Source of the DNA: Isosphaeraceae bacterium
Lineage (GTDB): Bacteria > Planctomycetota > Planctomycetia > Isosphaerales > Isosphaeraceae
Assembly (NCBI GenBank): GCA_965201075.1
Contig: CBDAVP010000004.1
Coordinates: forward strand, 186,001-250,000
DNA: 64,000 nt
Direction: 5' to 3'
In this document: in pieces, positions 20,349-29,839 of the stretch
Layout: each line of letters starts with the position of its first letter
Numbering within the stretch: position 1 is the stretch's first letter
Notes under the pieces: generated by a model
Told to the model about the DNA's origin: nothing
What the model saw: only the letters and a program-made list of their open reading frames with translations
Databases searched by the model: none
Translations under genes and position numbers: made by a program

Positions 20349-21407
20349 GTGCCGATGACCCCATCCGCCGAGCCCGAGCTGACGGCGGTGATCGTCAACT
20401 ACAACGGTTGGGACGACGTGGCGAAACTCGTCGCGTCGTTGGCGGGTTCCCCCGAGGTCGTCTCCGGTCGCTGCGTGGTAGTGGTGGTGGACAACGCCTC
20501 GAGCTGCCCCGCTCCGCCGAGCCTCAGCCCGCCGCCGCCGGGGGTCCGCCTCGTCCCGAGGCCGACCAACGACGGATTCGCCGCGGGCGTCAACGCCGGC
20601 TGGCGAGCGGTTCGAGCCCCCTGGGTGTTGCTGTTGAATCCCGACGTGGTCGCGACTCCCAGCTTGCTCGGCCAGGTACTCGACCGGGCCCGACGGTCCG
20701 AGGGGGACCGGCCGGGCGTGCTGGGATTCGGCCTGCGCAACGCCGACGGAACCCGGCAGCCCTCGGTCGGGGCCGACCCCGGCCTGGGACGCTCCCTCTG
20801 GGAGGTCGTGTTACCACGGGATCGCCGGAAATACCAGGCCGCTTGGCGCACCCGCACCGGCCCCGTCCCCTGGGTCACCGGCGCCTGCGCCCTCGTCGAT
20901 GGCCGCCTGCTCGACCACCTCGGCGGCATGGATGAGGAGTTCTTCCTTTATTACGAGGAAGTGGCCCTCTGCCGGTCGGCCCGCCGCGACGGGTGGCGGG
21001 TCGAGTACGACCCGGGCATCGAGGTCGTCCATTTACATCCCTTGCAGAATCGGCCGATTTCGCCCAAGATGCGCGTCGTGACCCGGCATAGTCGGCTGCT
21101 CTATTTCCGCAAACACCTGCCCGCATGGCAGTTCCGCGCGATGGCCGCGGCCACCACCCTGGAAGCCGCCCTTCGTGGGACCTGGGCCGGCTGGCGGGGG
21201 CGGGATGTCGAGCGTCGCGGTTGGCGGGCGGTCGGCCGGCTGGTCGGGCCGATGCGACGGGGGACCGGGCCTCGGGGTCGCGAGATCCTCGACTACGCCG
21301 AGGCCGTCCTTGCCCCGCCCCTGCCAACCCGTCGCCACGGGCTCGCATCGCAACCGCAGGCGTCAGGACGACGCGGCGAACTCCAGCGAAAGGACGGATC
21401 CGAGTGA
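20349..21407 (+). CDS. Glycosyltransferase family 2
   Basis: AVIVNYNG, VVDNAS, GFAAGVNAG, LLNPD, WVTGAC, FFLYYEE. Confidence 0.9.
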   Translation: MPMTPSAEPELTAVIVNYNGWDDVAKLVASLAGSPEVVSGRCVVVVVDNASSCPAPPSLSPPPPGVRLVPRPTNDGFAAGVNAGWRAVRAPWVLLLNPDVVATPSLLGQVLDRARRSEGDRPGVLGFGLRNADGTRQPSVGADPGLGRSLWEVVLPRDRRKYQAAWRTRTGPVPWVTGACALVDGRLLDHLGGMDEEFFLYYEEVALCRSARRDGWRVEYDPGIEVVHLHPLQNRPISPKMRVVTRHSRLLYFRKHLPAWQFRAMAAATTLEAALRGTWAGWRGRDVERRGWRAVGRLVGPMRRGTGPRGREILDYAEAVLAPPLPTRRHGLASQPQASGRRGELQRKDGSE

Positions 21408-22966
21408 CTCGCCCCCAACATGCCGCAAGGGTCGCCGCCCTGATGGTCCTGGCCGCGGCCCTGATGGGCAACCTCGCGCGTCACACCGAGATCTTCTTCG
21501 CCGACGGCCTCCGCTACATCGCTCAGGCCCAACGGATCGAAGCTGGTGACCTGGCCGATGGCCTGCTCAAGGCAGTTGACCACCCGGCCTATCCCCTGGC
21601 GATCGTCGGAATCCATCGCTTGCTGGACAACGGCAACACCCCCGAGGACTGGCAACTCGCGGCGCAGGGAGCGGCGATCGTGGCGGGGGTCCTGCTGGTC
21701 ATCCCGCTGTATCTGGTGGCGCTGGAGTCCTTCGGTGAGCGATGCGCGTGGCTGTCGGTGATTCTGGCGTTCGCCGTGCCACTGACTGGTCATGTCTTCG
21801 CCGACGTTCTCAGCGAGAGCACCTTCCTGTTGTTCTGGCTCTGGGGAATGTGGACGGCCTTGCGGTTCCTGAAACACGGCGGGTTTGGCTGGCTGCCGCC
21901 CACGGTCGCTTTCGCGGCCCTGGCCTATCTGGCCCGCCCCGAGGGCTTGCTCCTGCCCGCGGCGCTGGTGGGCAGCCTGGCGTTGATGCCCGTTCTGCGT
22001 TCGACCCGGATGAACTGGCCCCGCTGGTGGGCGGCGGTGGGGTTCCTGGCGATCGGGCCGGCCTTGATCGTTGGGCCCTATGTCGCCTCGAAGGGGGGAC
22101 TCGGGACCAAGCCGGCGATCCAGCGGCTACTGGGAACCGCCAAGCAGGCGACGGCCGACGCGGTTGAGCGGAAGAAGCCGCTAGACCCGAACCAGTCGAC
22201 GGCGCGGACCTACGCGGTGGCCGCCAAGGCCATGGTCGTGGCGGTCCGCGAGGCGACGTCGCTGCCGTTGATGGTTCTGGCCGCGGTGGGGATCGCCCTG
22301 GCCTGGCCGCCGGGGCCGAGGGCGCGGGCCTGGCTGTTCTTGGGAGTGGTGGGGCTCGCCGCGGCACTGGCCTTGACCCGTCTGCACGCCACGGGGGGAT
22401 ATTGCACCGGCCGTCACGCGATGGTCGTGGCGCTGCTGCTGATCCCGGCGGCGGCGGCCGGTCTGGATCGGCTGATTGATGGAATCGCCATCCCCGGTCG
22501 CTGGGTTGGGCTGGAGGATGGCCGCTACAAGGCTGGGCCGGCGGTCTGGGCCCTGGCCCTGGTTGGAATCGCCGCGTGGTTCGGCCCTCAGACGCTGTCG
22601 CCGTTGAATGCCGGGTCGCGGGGGTATCGCGACGCGGGCCTTTGGCTTCGCGGCGATGCCATGGCCCCAGGGACCCCGGTTGTCGACGTCACCGGCTGGT
22701 CGCTCTTCTACGGAGAGCGTAAGGGCTACACCTTCGCCAACGTCGGCTACGCGAACCAGGACCCGAACGTCCGCTTCCTGGTGGTTCGAGAGGCGCACCT
22801 GGCCGGACCGTGGACCTACTGCGTGCAGCTTCGGTCGATGGTCGAGGGGTTGAAGCCAGTCAAAACCTTCCCCGAGAATCCGCAACCGGATCAGTCGCGG
22901 GTTCTGGTCTACGACCTGGCGAGTCGGCCCCAGCAGGCGACGGCCCCGGGCGCTTCCCGACGCTGA
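21404..22966 (+). CDS. GT-C-type membrane glycosyltransferase (ArnT/PMT-like)
   Basis: GTGA overlap; DGLRY, HPAYP, LSES, ARPEG motifs; many TM helices. Confidence 0.75.
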   Translation: MTRPQHAARVAALMVLAAALMGNLARHTEIFFADGLRYIAQAQRIEAGDLADGLLKAVDHPAYPLAIVGIHRLLDNGNTPEDWQLAAQGAAIVAGVLLVIPLYLVALESFGERCAWLSVILAFAVPLTGHVFADVLSESTFLLFWLWGMWTALRFLKHGGFGWLPPTVAFAALAYLARPEGLLLPAALVGSLALMPVLRSTRMNWPRWWAAVGFLAIGPALIVGPYVASKGGLGTKPAIQRLLGTAKQATADAVERKKPLDPNQSTARTYAVAAKAMVVAVREATSLPLMVLAAVGIALAWPPGPRARAWLFLGVVGLAAALALTRLHATGGYCTGRHAMVVALLLIPAAAAGLDRLIDGIAIPGRWVGLEDGRYKAGPAVWALALVGIAAWFGPQTLSPLNAGSRGYRDAGLWLRGDAMAPGTPVVDVTGWSLFYGERKGYTFANVGYANQDPNVRFLVVREAHLAGPWTYCVQLRSMVEGLKPVKTFPENPQPDQSRVLVYDLASRPQQATAPGASRR

Positions 22967-22970
22967 CCGA

Positions 22971-25469
22971 GTGACCGACCCAGGGATGCGGGAGGCGAGG
23001 GAACTCATGACGAGCCTCAAGGATGCACCCTCGCCGACAAAAACCACCCGGACCTGGGCGAAGCGGGCGGCCCTGGTGGGGTTACCGGTCGTGCTGGCCC
23101 TGGTGGGCTATTACGGCCCGGTCCTGAGAGGCGCCCCCCTGCCCCGCCTGGGGGGGGATGGCGCCTTCTACGTTTACCAACTGGATCGCGCCCGGGAGCT
23201 TGGCGGTCAGTGGTGGGGCGTGGCGGCCGATGACCGCTTGGGCGACCCGTATCCGCCGATCACGGCAAAGCATCCGGGGATCTTCGAGGGGGTCGACCTG
23301 ATGCTGGTCGGCTCCTTGACCGGCCAGTTCCTCGACCCGACGGCCAACTTCCACGCGATGACCTTGCTGACGCTGGCGGCCAATGGCTGGGTCGCGGCGT
23401 GGCTGGTGCATCGCTTGACTGGGTCTTATGGCTGGGCGGCGATGGGCGTCGCCTTGCTGACCCTCAACGACCCGACGGCCGGGCGGGTCGGCGGGCACCT
23501 TCACCTGTACAAGTTCGGCTGGATCTTGCTGGCCCTGTGCGCCTTCGCCCGCTACCTGGAGGCTCCGTCGAACCGCCGGGGCGTCTGGCTCGGCCTGGCG
23601 ATGGCCGGGGTCTTGCAAGGGTCGTTTTACCTGGGTTTCCTGCTGGGCGTCGGCCTGGGGGCGTGGTGGCTGGGGACTTTGGTCGCGGGGAAGCTCGGGC
23701 GGGCGCATCTGACGCCGACCTTGCTGGCGGGGCTGACCTTTGGGCTGGCCGGGGGCTTGCTGACGTTTCCGGTCTGGTGGACCTCGCGGCGGGCGGAACT
23801 GGCCGGGGATTACTTCATCCGCCAGCGGTTCGAGACCTGGCTCTACGGCTCGGAACTCTGGCAATACTTCACGCCGCCGACCTCGAAGCTGGCGGCCGAC
23901 TATGTGGCGGCGTTCCATCAGAAACAACTGGGGGCGTTCTGGGAAGGGTGGTACTACCCCGGGCGGGTCGTCCTGCTGGCGGTCGCGGCCTGCGCCTTGG
24001 CGAGGCTGCGGGGGGTGCGGCTCTGCCGACGGTCTCCGGCGGCCGGTGATCTGGCCCTGGGTCTGATCGGGGTGTTCGTCCTGTTGAGTCTGGCGGGGGG
24101 CCCGGGGTTCCTGATCCATCAGTGGTTCCCTGGCTTCCGGTGTTATGGTCGCGCGGGGTTGATCGCCCTGATGATCGGCTGTGTCATGGCCCCGGTCGTC
24201 TGGCAACGACTGCTGGCGGCGATCCCTCGTCGTGGGTTGCGGACTTTGGCGAGGGTTGGGTTGCTGGCCCTGACGTTCCTGGATGCCAGGGCCGCCTCCG
24301 ACCGCTTCTTCTGGGCGAAGCCCCAGCCCGACCCGGCCTGGTCGTCGTGGCTGGCGGATCAGCCAAGCGGGGTGAGGCTGGCGGCGTTCGCCACTCCCAC
24401 GGAGGAGCCGTTCGCCTGGTGGGGGATGGTCGCTTTGGAGCAGCGCCGCAAGCATGGTCACCGAACCCTCAACGGCGCCGAGTTCGCCATGCTGGAGGGG
24501 GATTTGCGGCTGCTGGGAGCCTCTTATGAGCGCATGACGCCCGACGGTCTGCGGCTGGTCGTCACCCTGGGGTATGACACCCTGGCCTTTGACTCGGCCT
24601 ACCTGGCGGCTCACCCGTGGATCGACGGTCTCCCCTGGCTGGACCGGCTGGCGGATCAGGGGGGTTGGACGATCTTCCGGGCCAATGACCGGACCCCCCG
24701 GTTCCCCAGGACCGAGACGGCCGACCTGCTGGCCCGGCTGCGCGCGACCGAGACGCGGGCGGTACCGGCGTCGACCTGGATCACCGGCAAGCTGCCGTTG
24801 GACGGGGACACGGTGGTTGTCCACCCGGGGCGCGTCCGCATGGCCTGGGAGGATGCGGACGGCCGTCGGGTGGGATTGCCCTTGCGGGCTCTGTTCCAGC
24901 ACGTTTTGGGTCCCGAGCTTGCTGCCTTCTCGGTCGAAACCCCAGCCCGCCCCGGCCCGTACCGGTTGGCGTTCCTCGACGACCAGGGCCGGAGCCTGGC
25001 GACCTTGCCGTTCCGGATCGACCCCGGACAACGCGCCGGACGGTCGACGTTTGGGACCCTGGCCGAGGGAGGCGATGGGATCGTCGTGGACCGTCGGGGT
25101 GGGTCGACGCGGTTGATCCTGGAGAACCGGGGAACCGGCTACCTTCAGGCCCAGGCGCATCGCGACCCGAGTTTGGGGGTCGCGAGGACTCAGCCGGGGA
25201 TGTTCTCGCCAGCCTCGGGTTCGTTGGTGGTACGCGTCGGCCCACAGGGGCGGCTCGACGAGGAGGGGATGGACTGGCTTTTGCCGACCGACCTTCCCGG
25301 TGACGGGCGTCTGGAGCTGACCTTGCCGGCGGGCGTCGGCGGCGATGGCGAGCGGGTCGAGGTCCGGCCCCGAATCCTTTGGCCCGGTTCCGCCCAGACG
25401 CCGACGTGGGTCGCGGTGAAGCCGGCCGGGGCCGCCGAGGTTGCCCGTCGGACTGTTGGGGGGAACTGA
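22971..25469 (+). CDS. Large polytopic membrane protein, probable GT-C-like glycosyltransferase
   Basis: GDG..YVY, many TM helices, FR..GR, H...NG motifs and a soluble C-terminal region; inside the GT operon. Confidence 0.65.
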   Translation: MTDPGMREARELMTSLKDAPSPTKTTRTWAKRAALVGLPVVLALVGYYGPVLRGAPLPRLGGDGAFYVYQLDRARELGGQWWGVAADDRLGDPYPPITAKHPGIFEGVDLMLVGSLTGQFLDPTANFHAMTLLTLAANGWVAAWLVHRLTGSYGWAAMGVALLTLNDPTAGRVGGHLHLYKFGWILLALCAFARYLEAPSNRRGVWLGLAMAGVLQGSFYLGFLLGVGLGAWWLGTLVAGKLGRAHLTPTLLAGLTFGLAGGLLTFPVWWTSRRAELAGDYFIRQRFETWLYGSELWQYFTPPTSKLAADYVAAFHQKQLGAFWEGWYYPGRVVLLAVAACALARLRGVRLCRRSPAAGDLALGLIGVFVLLSLAGGPGFLIHQWFPGFRCYGRAGLIALMIGCVMAPVVWQRLLAAIPRRGLRTLARVGLLALTFLDARAASDRFFWAKPQPDPAWSSWLADQPSGVRLAAFATPTEEPFAWWGMVALEQRRKHGHRTLNGAEFAMLEGDLRLLGASYERMTPDGLRLVVTLGYDTLAFDSAYLAAHPWIDGLPWLDRLADQGGWTIFRANDRTPRFPRTETADLLARLRATETRAVPASTWITGKLPLDGDTVVVHPGRVRMAWEDADGRRVGLPLRALFQHVLGPELAAFSVETPARPGPYRLAFLDDQGRSLATLPFRIDPGQRAGRSTFGTLAEGGDGIVVDRRGGSTRLILENRGTGYLQAQAHRDPSLGVARTQPGMFSPASGSLVVRVGPQGRLDEEGMDWLLPTDLPGDGRLELTLPAGVGGDGERVEVRPRILWPGSAQTPTWVAVKPAGAAEVARRTVGGN

Positions 25470-25470
25470 G

Positions 25471-26751
25471 ATGCGGGTTGCCTGGTTCACCCATCGCTAC
25501 TGGCCGTGCGTCGGCGGGGCGGAGAACTATGGGCGGGAGATGGTCCGCCGGTTCGTCGCCCATGGGCATCGCGCGGACGTGTTCACCAGCGACGCCGATG
25601 ATCTGGGTTACTTCACCGACCGCAAGCGGCGGCGGGTCGATGCGCCTGGGGAGTCGGTCGAGGATGGGGCGCGGGTCCACCGCTTGGCGGTGCGGCACAT
25701 CCCGGCGCAGCGGTACGTTGGCAAGGCGTTGAGCCTGGTGCCTCACTGGCCGACGCGTTGCCGGGCGGCGACGTATCTGCCGATCCTGCCGGGGATTGAG
25801 CGGGTGCGGGGGGGGTATGACGCGGCCTTCGCCGTCGGCTTTCCGTTCACGACCTTCGCGATGGGGGCCCTCCGCACGGCCCGAGCCGCCGGCGCTCCCT
25901 TGGTGCTGACGCCGTTCCTGCACCTGGCCACGCCGGGCGACCCGGTGAACCGTCGCTATACCCGCCCTCATCAGGCGCGGCTACTGGCCGAGGCCGACCT
26001 GGTTGTCGTGCAGACCGCCCTGGAGGCCGACGCGGTGGCCGGCTGGGGGTTGTCTCGCGAGAAGATCCTGACTTTGGGGATGGGCGTCGATGCCGAGGCC
26101 GTGACCGGCGGCGATCGTTCGCGGTGGCGTCGAGAGTTGGGCATCCCCGAGGGGCGGCCGGTGGTGGGACACCTGGCGACGTTGGACCCAAACAAGGGGA
26201 CGGTGGATCTGGTCCGCGCCGTCGAGCGATGGAACGCGAGCCGGCCGGGGGACGACCCGATCCACCTGATTTTGGCCGGGCCGGCGTCGGCCGAGTTTGA
26301 ACAGTTCGCCCAGGGGTGGAGCGAGTCGACTCGCCGCTGGGTGTCGCGACTTGGCCCGTTGCGGCCGGAGGGTCGGCCCGATTTCTATGCGGCCCTGGAC
26401 GTGTTCGCGATGCCGTCGCGGACGGATTCGTTCGGGATTGTATTCCTGGAGGCGTGGGCCAACGGCTTGCCAGTGGTCGCTTCGGCGGCGGGCGGGGTGG
26501 TCGAGGTGGTTCGCGATGGGGTTGACGGCCGACTCTTGCCGTTTGGCGACGTTGCGGGATTGTCCGGGGCGATTGGGACGTTGGTCCAGGACCGGGCATT
26601 GGCTCAACGTTGGGGAGAGGCTGGCCGGACGAAGGTGGCCCGGGGGTATTCCTGGGATGACCGCTTCGCCACTTTGTTGAGAGGGGTCAAGGACGCCTCG
26701 GCTCGTTTGAACTGCAAGACTCAGCGCAAGGGACGGGCGGCGCCGGTTTGA
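25471..26751 (+). CDS. Glycosyltransferase family 4 (GT-B)
   Basis: PCVGGAE, NKG, DVFAMPSRTDSFGIVFLEAWANGLPVV. Confidence 0.92.
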   Translation: MRVAWFTHRYWPCVGGAENYGREMVRRFVAHGHRADVFTSDADDLGYFTDRKRRRVDAPGESVEDGARVHRLAVRHIPAQRYVGKALSLVPHWPTRCRAATYLPILPGIERVRGGYDAAFAVGFPFTTFAMGALRTARAAGAPLVLTPFLHLATPGDPVNRRYTRPHQARLLAEADLVVVQTALEADAVAGWGLSREKILTLGMGVDAEAVTGGDRSRWRRELGIPEGRPVVGHLATLDPNKGTVDLVRAVERWNASRPGDDPIHLILAGPASAEFEQFAQGWSESTRRWVSRLGPLRPEGRPDFYAALDVFAMPSRTDSFGIVFLEAWANGLPVVASAAGGVVEVVRDGVDGRLLPFGDVAGLSGAIGTLVQDRALAQRWGEAGRTKVARGYSWDDRFATLLRGVKDASARLNCKTQRKGRAAPV

Positions 26752-26799
26752 TCCGACGCCGCCCTGGGTGTTCGACTTTGGTTTGCCCGAGGGTTGGGC

Positions 26800-28572
26800 T
26801 TACTGGTCGACCTTGTTGCCCTGAACGGCCTGGAAAATTGGGCCGACGGCCTGCTCGACCACGGGGCCGACGGAGCTGGGCAGCAGGAACTGGAACTGGA
26901 AGCCCTTGGCGACCGGGGTGACGGTGCCGCCGAAGAAAGCGGGCTCGGCGGGCAGGTTGAGCTGGGTCTTGCCAACCGGGCTGTCCGGCATCAGGGTGCC
27001 GAAGGAGGCCAGTCCCTGGGTAATCAGGGCCTGGGCGTTGACCAGGATCAATGTGCCGAACTGCTTGGGAAGCGCGTTGCGGAGGGCCTGGTAGTTGGAC
27101 GCCTGGCCGAGACTGCTGGAGCCGCCTGCCAGAACCGCGTCGATGCGGGCCTTGGCCTGGTTCCAGTCGGGGGCGCTGACCTGGAGAACCGTCTTGCCGT
27201 CGGTGCCGACCCAGGTCGTGACGCCGTCGCCCATCAGGGCCCGCATCGCGTCGGGGCTGGGACCGTTGGGGTTGGCCGGGGTCTTGCCGGCCATGGCCTT
27301 CATTTTGTCCTGGTCGTAGGTGACCTGGGACTTGGCGAAGGTGAAGCCCTTGTAGGTCTCGGCGTCACGGGTAACGGTGATGTCCTTGATCATGTCGGGC
27401 AGCGCGGCCTTGCCGGACTTGAGGGCCGCGATGCCGGCGATGGTGGCCTCGACGGCCTTGGCCGGGTCGGCATAGGTGGACAGACCGATCGACTGAGAGC
27501 CACCCTTACCGAAGTTGGCCGCGGCGGTGACTTCCTTGGGCCCGGCCTGCTTGGCCAGGGCCATGGCCTTCTCCTGCTCGGGGGAACCGGTGCCGCCGCC
27601 GGGCATGAACGAGGCGGCCAGCTTCTGGAAACGGTCGAACGACGCCGGGGAGACGCTGGAGTACATGAAGAAGGCGGAGTCGGCGGGCAAGCGGCCGAGG
27701 AGTTCGCCATTACCGGGTCGAGCCTGGGCGACCATCTTGGCGGCGTCGGAGCCGGGCTTCACGGCGGTCAGGCCGCCGATGGCCATGCCCTTGGCGTCGA
27801 AGTCAAGGTGGGCGGACAGGGAGTCGCCATTGGCCAGGGCCTTGAACAGGAGGTTGATGGCAGTCTTGGCGGCTTCGGGATTCTGGTTGCCGCCCTGGTT
27901 GGCGACGCCCTTTTCAACGCGGTCGAGCATGTCCTTGCGGGCCTGCTCGATCTGGTCGCCGTAGCGGGCCTGGATGGCGGCAAGGTTCACGTAGACGCCC
28001 GCGTCGCCGCCGAAGAAGCGGTCGCGGAGTTCGGGGGTCAGGGCGGTGTCGAGGGTCTTGGTCGGCTTGGTCAGCGAGGTCAGGACCTCCTTGCTGTTGC
28101 CGAAGGCGACGTAGTTGGACCCTTTGTAGGTGAACAGGGGCTGGCCGTCGGCGCCGGTGACCTTGTCGATGCCGCCGCCCTGGGGCTCGGGCTTGCCATC
28201 GGGGCCCAGTTGTTTCTGGACCGCGGCGTAGTCCTTGGCCTGGATCATCACGGCGTAAGGAGGCGGGCCGTTGTCGCCGTTCTTGGGGAGGCGGGCGACG
28301 ATCACGAAGGGGAGGTTGGGGGCATCAGCGCCGAAGCGTTGAGAAAACAGGGCCAGGCCGTTGTCCAGGGCGGGACCGGCCATCGGGCCCATGTTGGGGC
28401 TCATCGCCTGGACCATGCTGGCCAGGTCGTCGCGGACGGCCTTGGGGGCGCGGACACGGATGACGACCTCGGCCTCGGCCGGAACCGACTTGAGAAAGGC
28501 GGTTTCAGGAGCCGCGGAGGGGCTTTGAGCCAGCGCCGCGGCGATCCACATTGACGACACGAACGAAACCAT
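26800..28572 (-). CDS. Hypothetical exported protein (~590 aa)
   Basis: GGGAGG SD, signal-peptide-like MVSFVSSMWIAAALAQ, strongly biased codon usage. Confidence 0.8.
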   Translation of the reverse strand: MVSFVSSMWIAAALAQSPSAAPETAFLKSVPAEAEVVIRVRAPKAVRDDLASMVQAMSPNMGPMAGPALDNGLALFSQRFGADAPNLPFVIVARLPKNGDNGPPPYAVMIQAKDYAAVQKQLGPDGKPEPQGGGIDKVTGADGQPLFTYKGSNYVAFGNSKEVLTSLTKPTKTLDTALTPELRDRFFGGDAGVYVNLAAIQARYGDQIEQARKDMLDRVEKGVANQGGNQNPEAAKTAINLLFKALANGDSLSAHLDFDAKGMAIGGLTAVKPGSDAAKMVAQARPGNGELLGRLPADSAFFMYSSVSPASFDRFQKLAASFMPGGGTGSPEQEKAMALAKQAGPKEVTAAANFGKGGSQSIGLSTYADPAKAVEATIAGIAALKSGKAALPDMIKDITVTRDAETYKGFTFAKSQVTYDQDKMKAMAGKTPANPNGPSPDAMRALMGDGVTTWVGTDGKTVLQVSAPDWNQAKARIDAVLAGGSSSLGQASNYQALRNALPKQFGTLILVNAQALITQGLASFGTLMPDSPVGKTQLNLPAEPAFFGGTVTPVAKGFQFQFLLPSSVGPVVEQAVGPIFQAVQGNKVDQ

Positions 28573-28688
28573 GCACGACCTCCCTGAAACCCAGAACCAC
28601 GGAGCGCTCGGCGCCCCCAAATCACCACGGCCCGGTTTCCCGAGACCTACGCGGGTCGGAGACACCATAATCTGGGGGATCGGAGTCA

Positions 28689-28704
28689 AGCAAGTGTCGG
28701 GCCG
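28689..28704 (-). promoter_or_regulatory. Putative sigma-54 (-24/-12) promoter for 26800-28572
   Basis: Minus strand CGGCCCGACACTTGCT vs consensus TGGCACG-N4-TTGCW; exact GG-N10-GC spacing. Confidence 0.6.
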
Positions 28705-29559
28705 TTATACGGAGGGCCTCGCGGCACTGGGGGAACCGTCGGCGCGGCGGCGGTCGGCGGCGATACGGGCCTCCATCTTGCCCCGTCGCCGTCGCTTGCG
28801 CCGTTGGCGGTCGGCGAGGGGACCGGCGGGATTCGACGGGGTGGTTGTGGGGGGGTTGGGTCGGGTCGAGGTCGGAGGGACGTCCGTGGTGCCGGGGGGA
28901 CGGCAATGGCGGGCTCGGCGGCGCGTCTGGACGGGTTCCGAGGCGCAGGGCGTTGCCAAGGAGGACGGGTCGTCGCGTCCCCAGCGGTCGCAGCGCAGGC
29001 AGTAGGCGTGTGGGACGAGGCGACGGTCCCGGCAGGCCGGGCAGGGCGCTGCCGGTGTCGGTCCGGGCGAGGGGCCGGGCCAGGGGGTGAGCCCTTGACC
29101 GATCAGCATCGTCGGGTAAGGCCAGGATCGGCCGTTGTGGCCGGCGGGACGCGCTGGGGTGTCGGCGAGAGCGGCGGCCTGGTCGGGGGACGGGTGCGGG
29201 TCGGGAACGAAGGCGAGGTCGGCGCCTCGGCCCCGAGCGCAGACGTGGCGGGCCCGGGGCGTGGGCGGTTCCGGGTCGCCGGCCGAGGACCAGCGGGCGA
29301 GTTCTTCCGGGCCCGATTCCACCAGTCGGACCCCCAGGCGGTCAGCGCCCAGGGGGGAAAGTGTCACCAGGGGCGTCGGCGAGTCGTCGCGTTCCCAGAC
29401 GGCCAGCCAGCCTCCATCGTCGAGGTCGGCGAGGAGGTCGGTCGTGGCGGACTCCTCACGACCCAGGGCCTGGGCGAGCGAGGCGGGAGTGCTCCAGGCG
29501 TCGGGACCGGCCACGAGGGCGCCCAGAACGCGTGTCTGATCTTCGGACAATTCGGCCAT
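28705..29559 (-). CDS. Hypothetical protein: N-terminal winged-helix-like domain, C4 Zn-ribbon, basic tail
   Basis: TPASLAQALG...LLADLDDGGWL...VTLSPLG; CPAC-x10-CLRC; RQRRKRRRRGK. Confidence 0.7.
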   Translation of the reverse strand: MAELSEDQTRVLGALVAGPDAWSTPASLAQALGREESATTDLLADLDDGGWLAVWERDDSPTPLVTLSPLGADRLGVRLVESGPEELARWSSAGDPEPPTPRARHVCARGRGADLAFVPDPHPSPDQAAALADTPARPAGHNGRSWPYPTMLIGQGLTPWPGPSPGPTPAAPCPACRDRRLVPHAYCLRCDRWGRDDPSSLATPCASEPVQTRRRARHCRPPGTTDVPPTSTRPNPPTTTPSNPAGPLADRQRRKRRRRGKMEARIAADRRRADGSPSAARPSV

Positions 29560-29733
29560 CGGGGACCCCTGGCGCCTCGGGGCGAGGGTTGACGAGGGTC
29601 CCGTTGGGAGCGGCGGGCAGTCCATGAGGGAATCCAAGGGCTGAGGAGGAAGATCGAGATCCAGGTTTCACGAACGGGGCGAGCGGCGGTGAATGGGCCC
29701 CTCGCGCTGGCTAAGGACGGTGTGGGCCGTGGT

Positions 29734-29778
29734 CCTGGGGCTCACGCCCCAGGCGACACGCGGTTGCCCCTCCGGGGC
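29734..29778. repeat. REP-like double hairpin
   Basis: cctggggc-tcac-gccccagg (29734-29753) and gcccc-tcc-ggggc (29766-29778), intergenic. Confidence 0.65.
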
Positions 29779-29839
29779 TGGGCAGGGACCTTGTTTGGGT
29801 CGCCTCGGAAGACTCATCACCCAGCACTTCTTAATGCTT

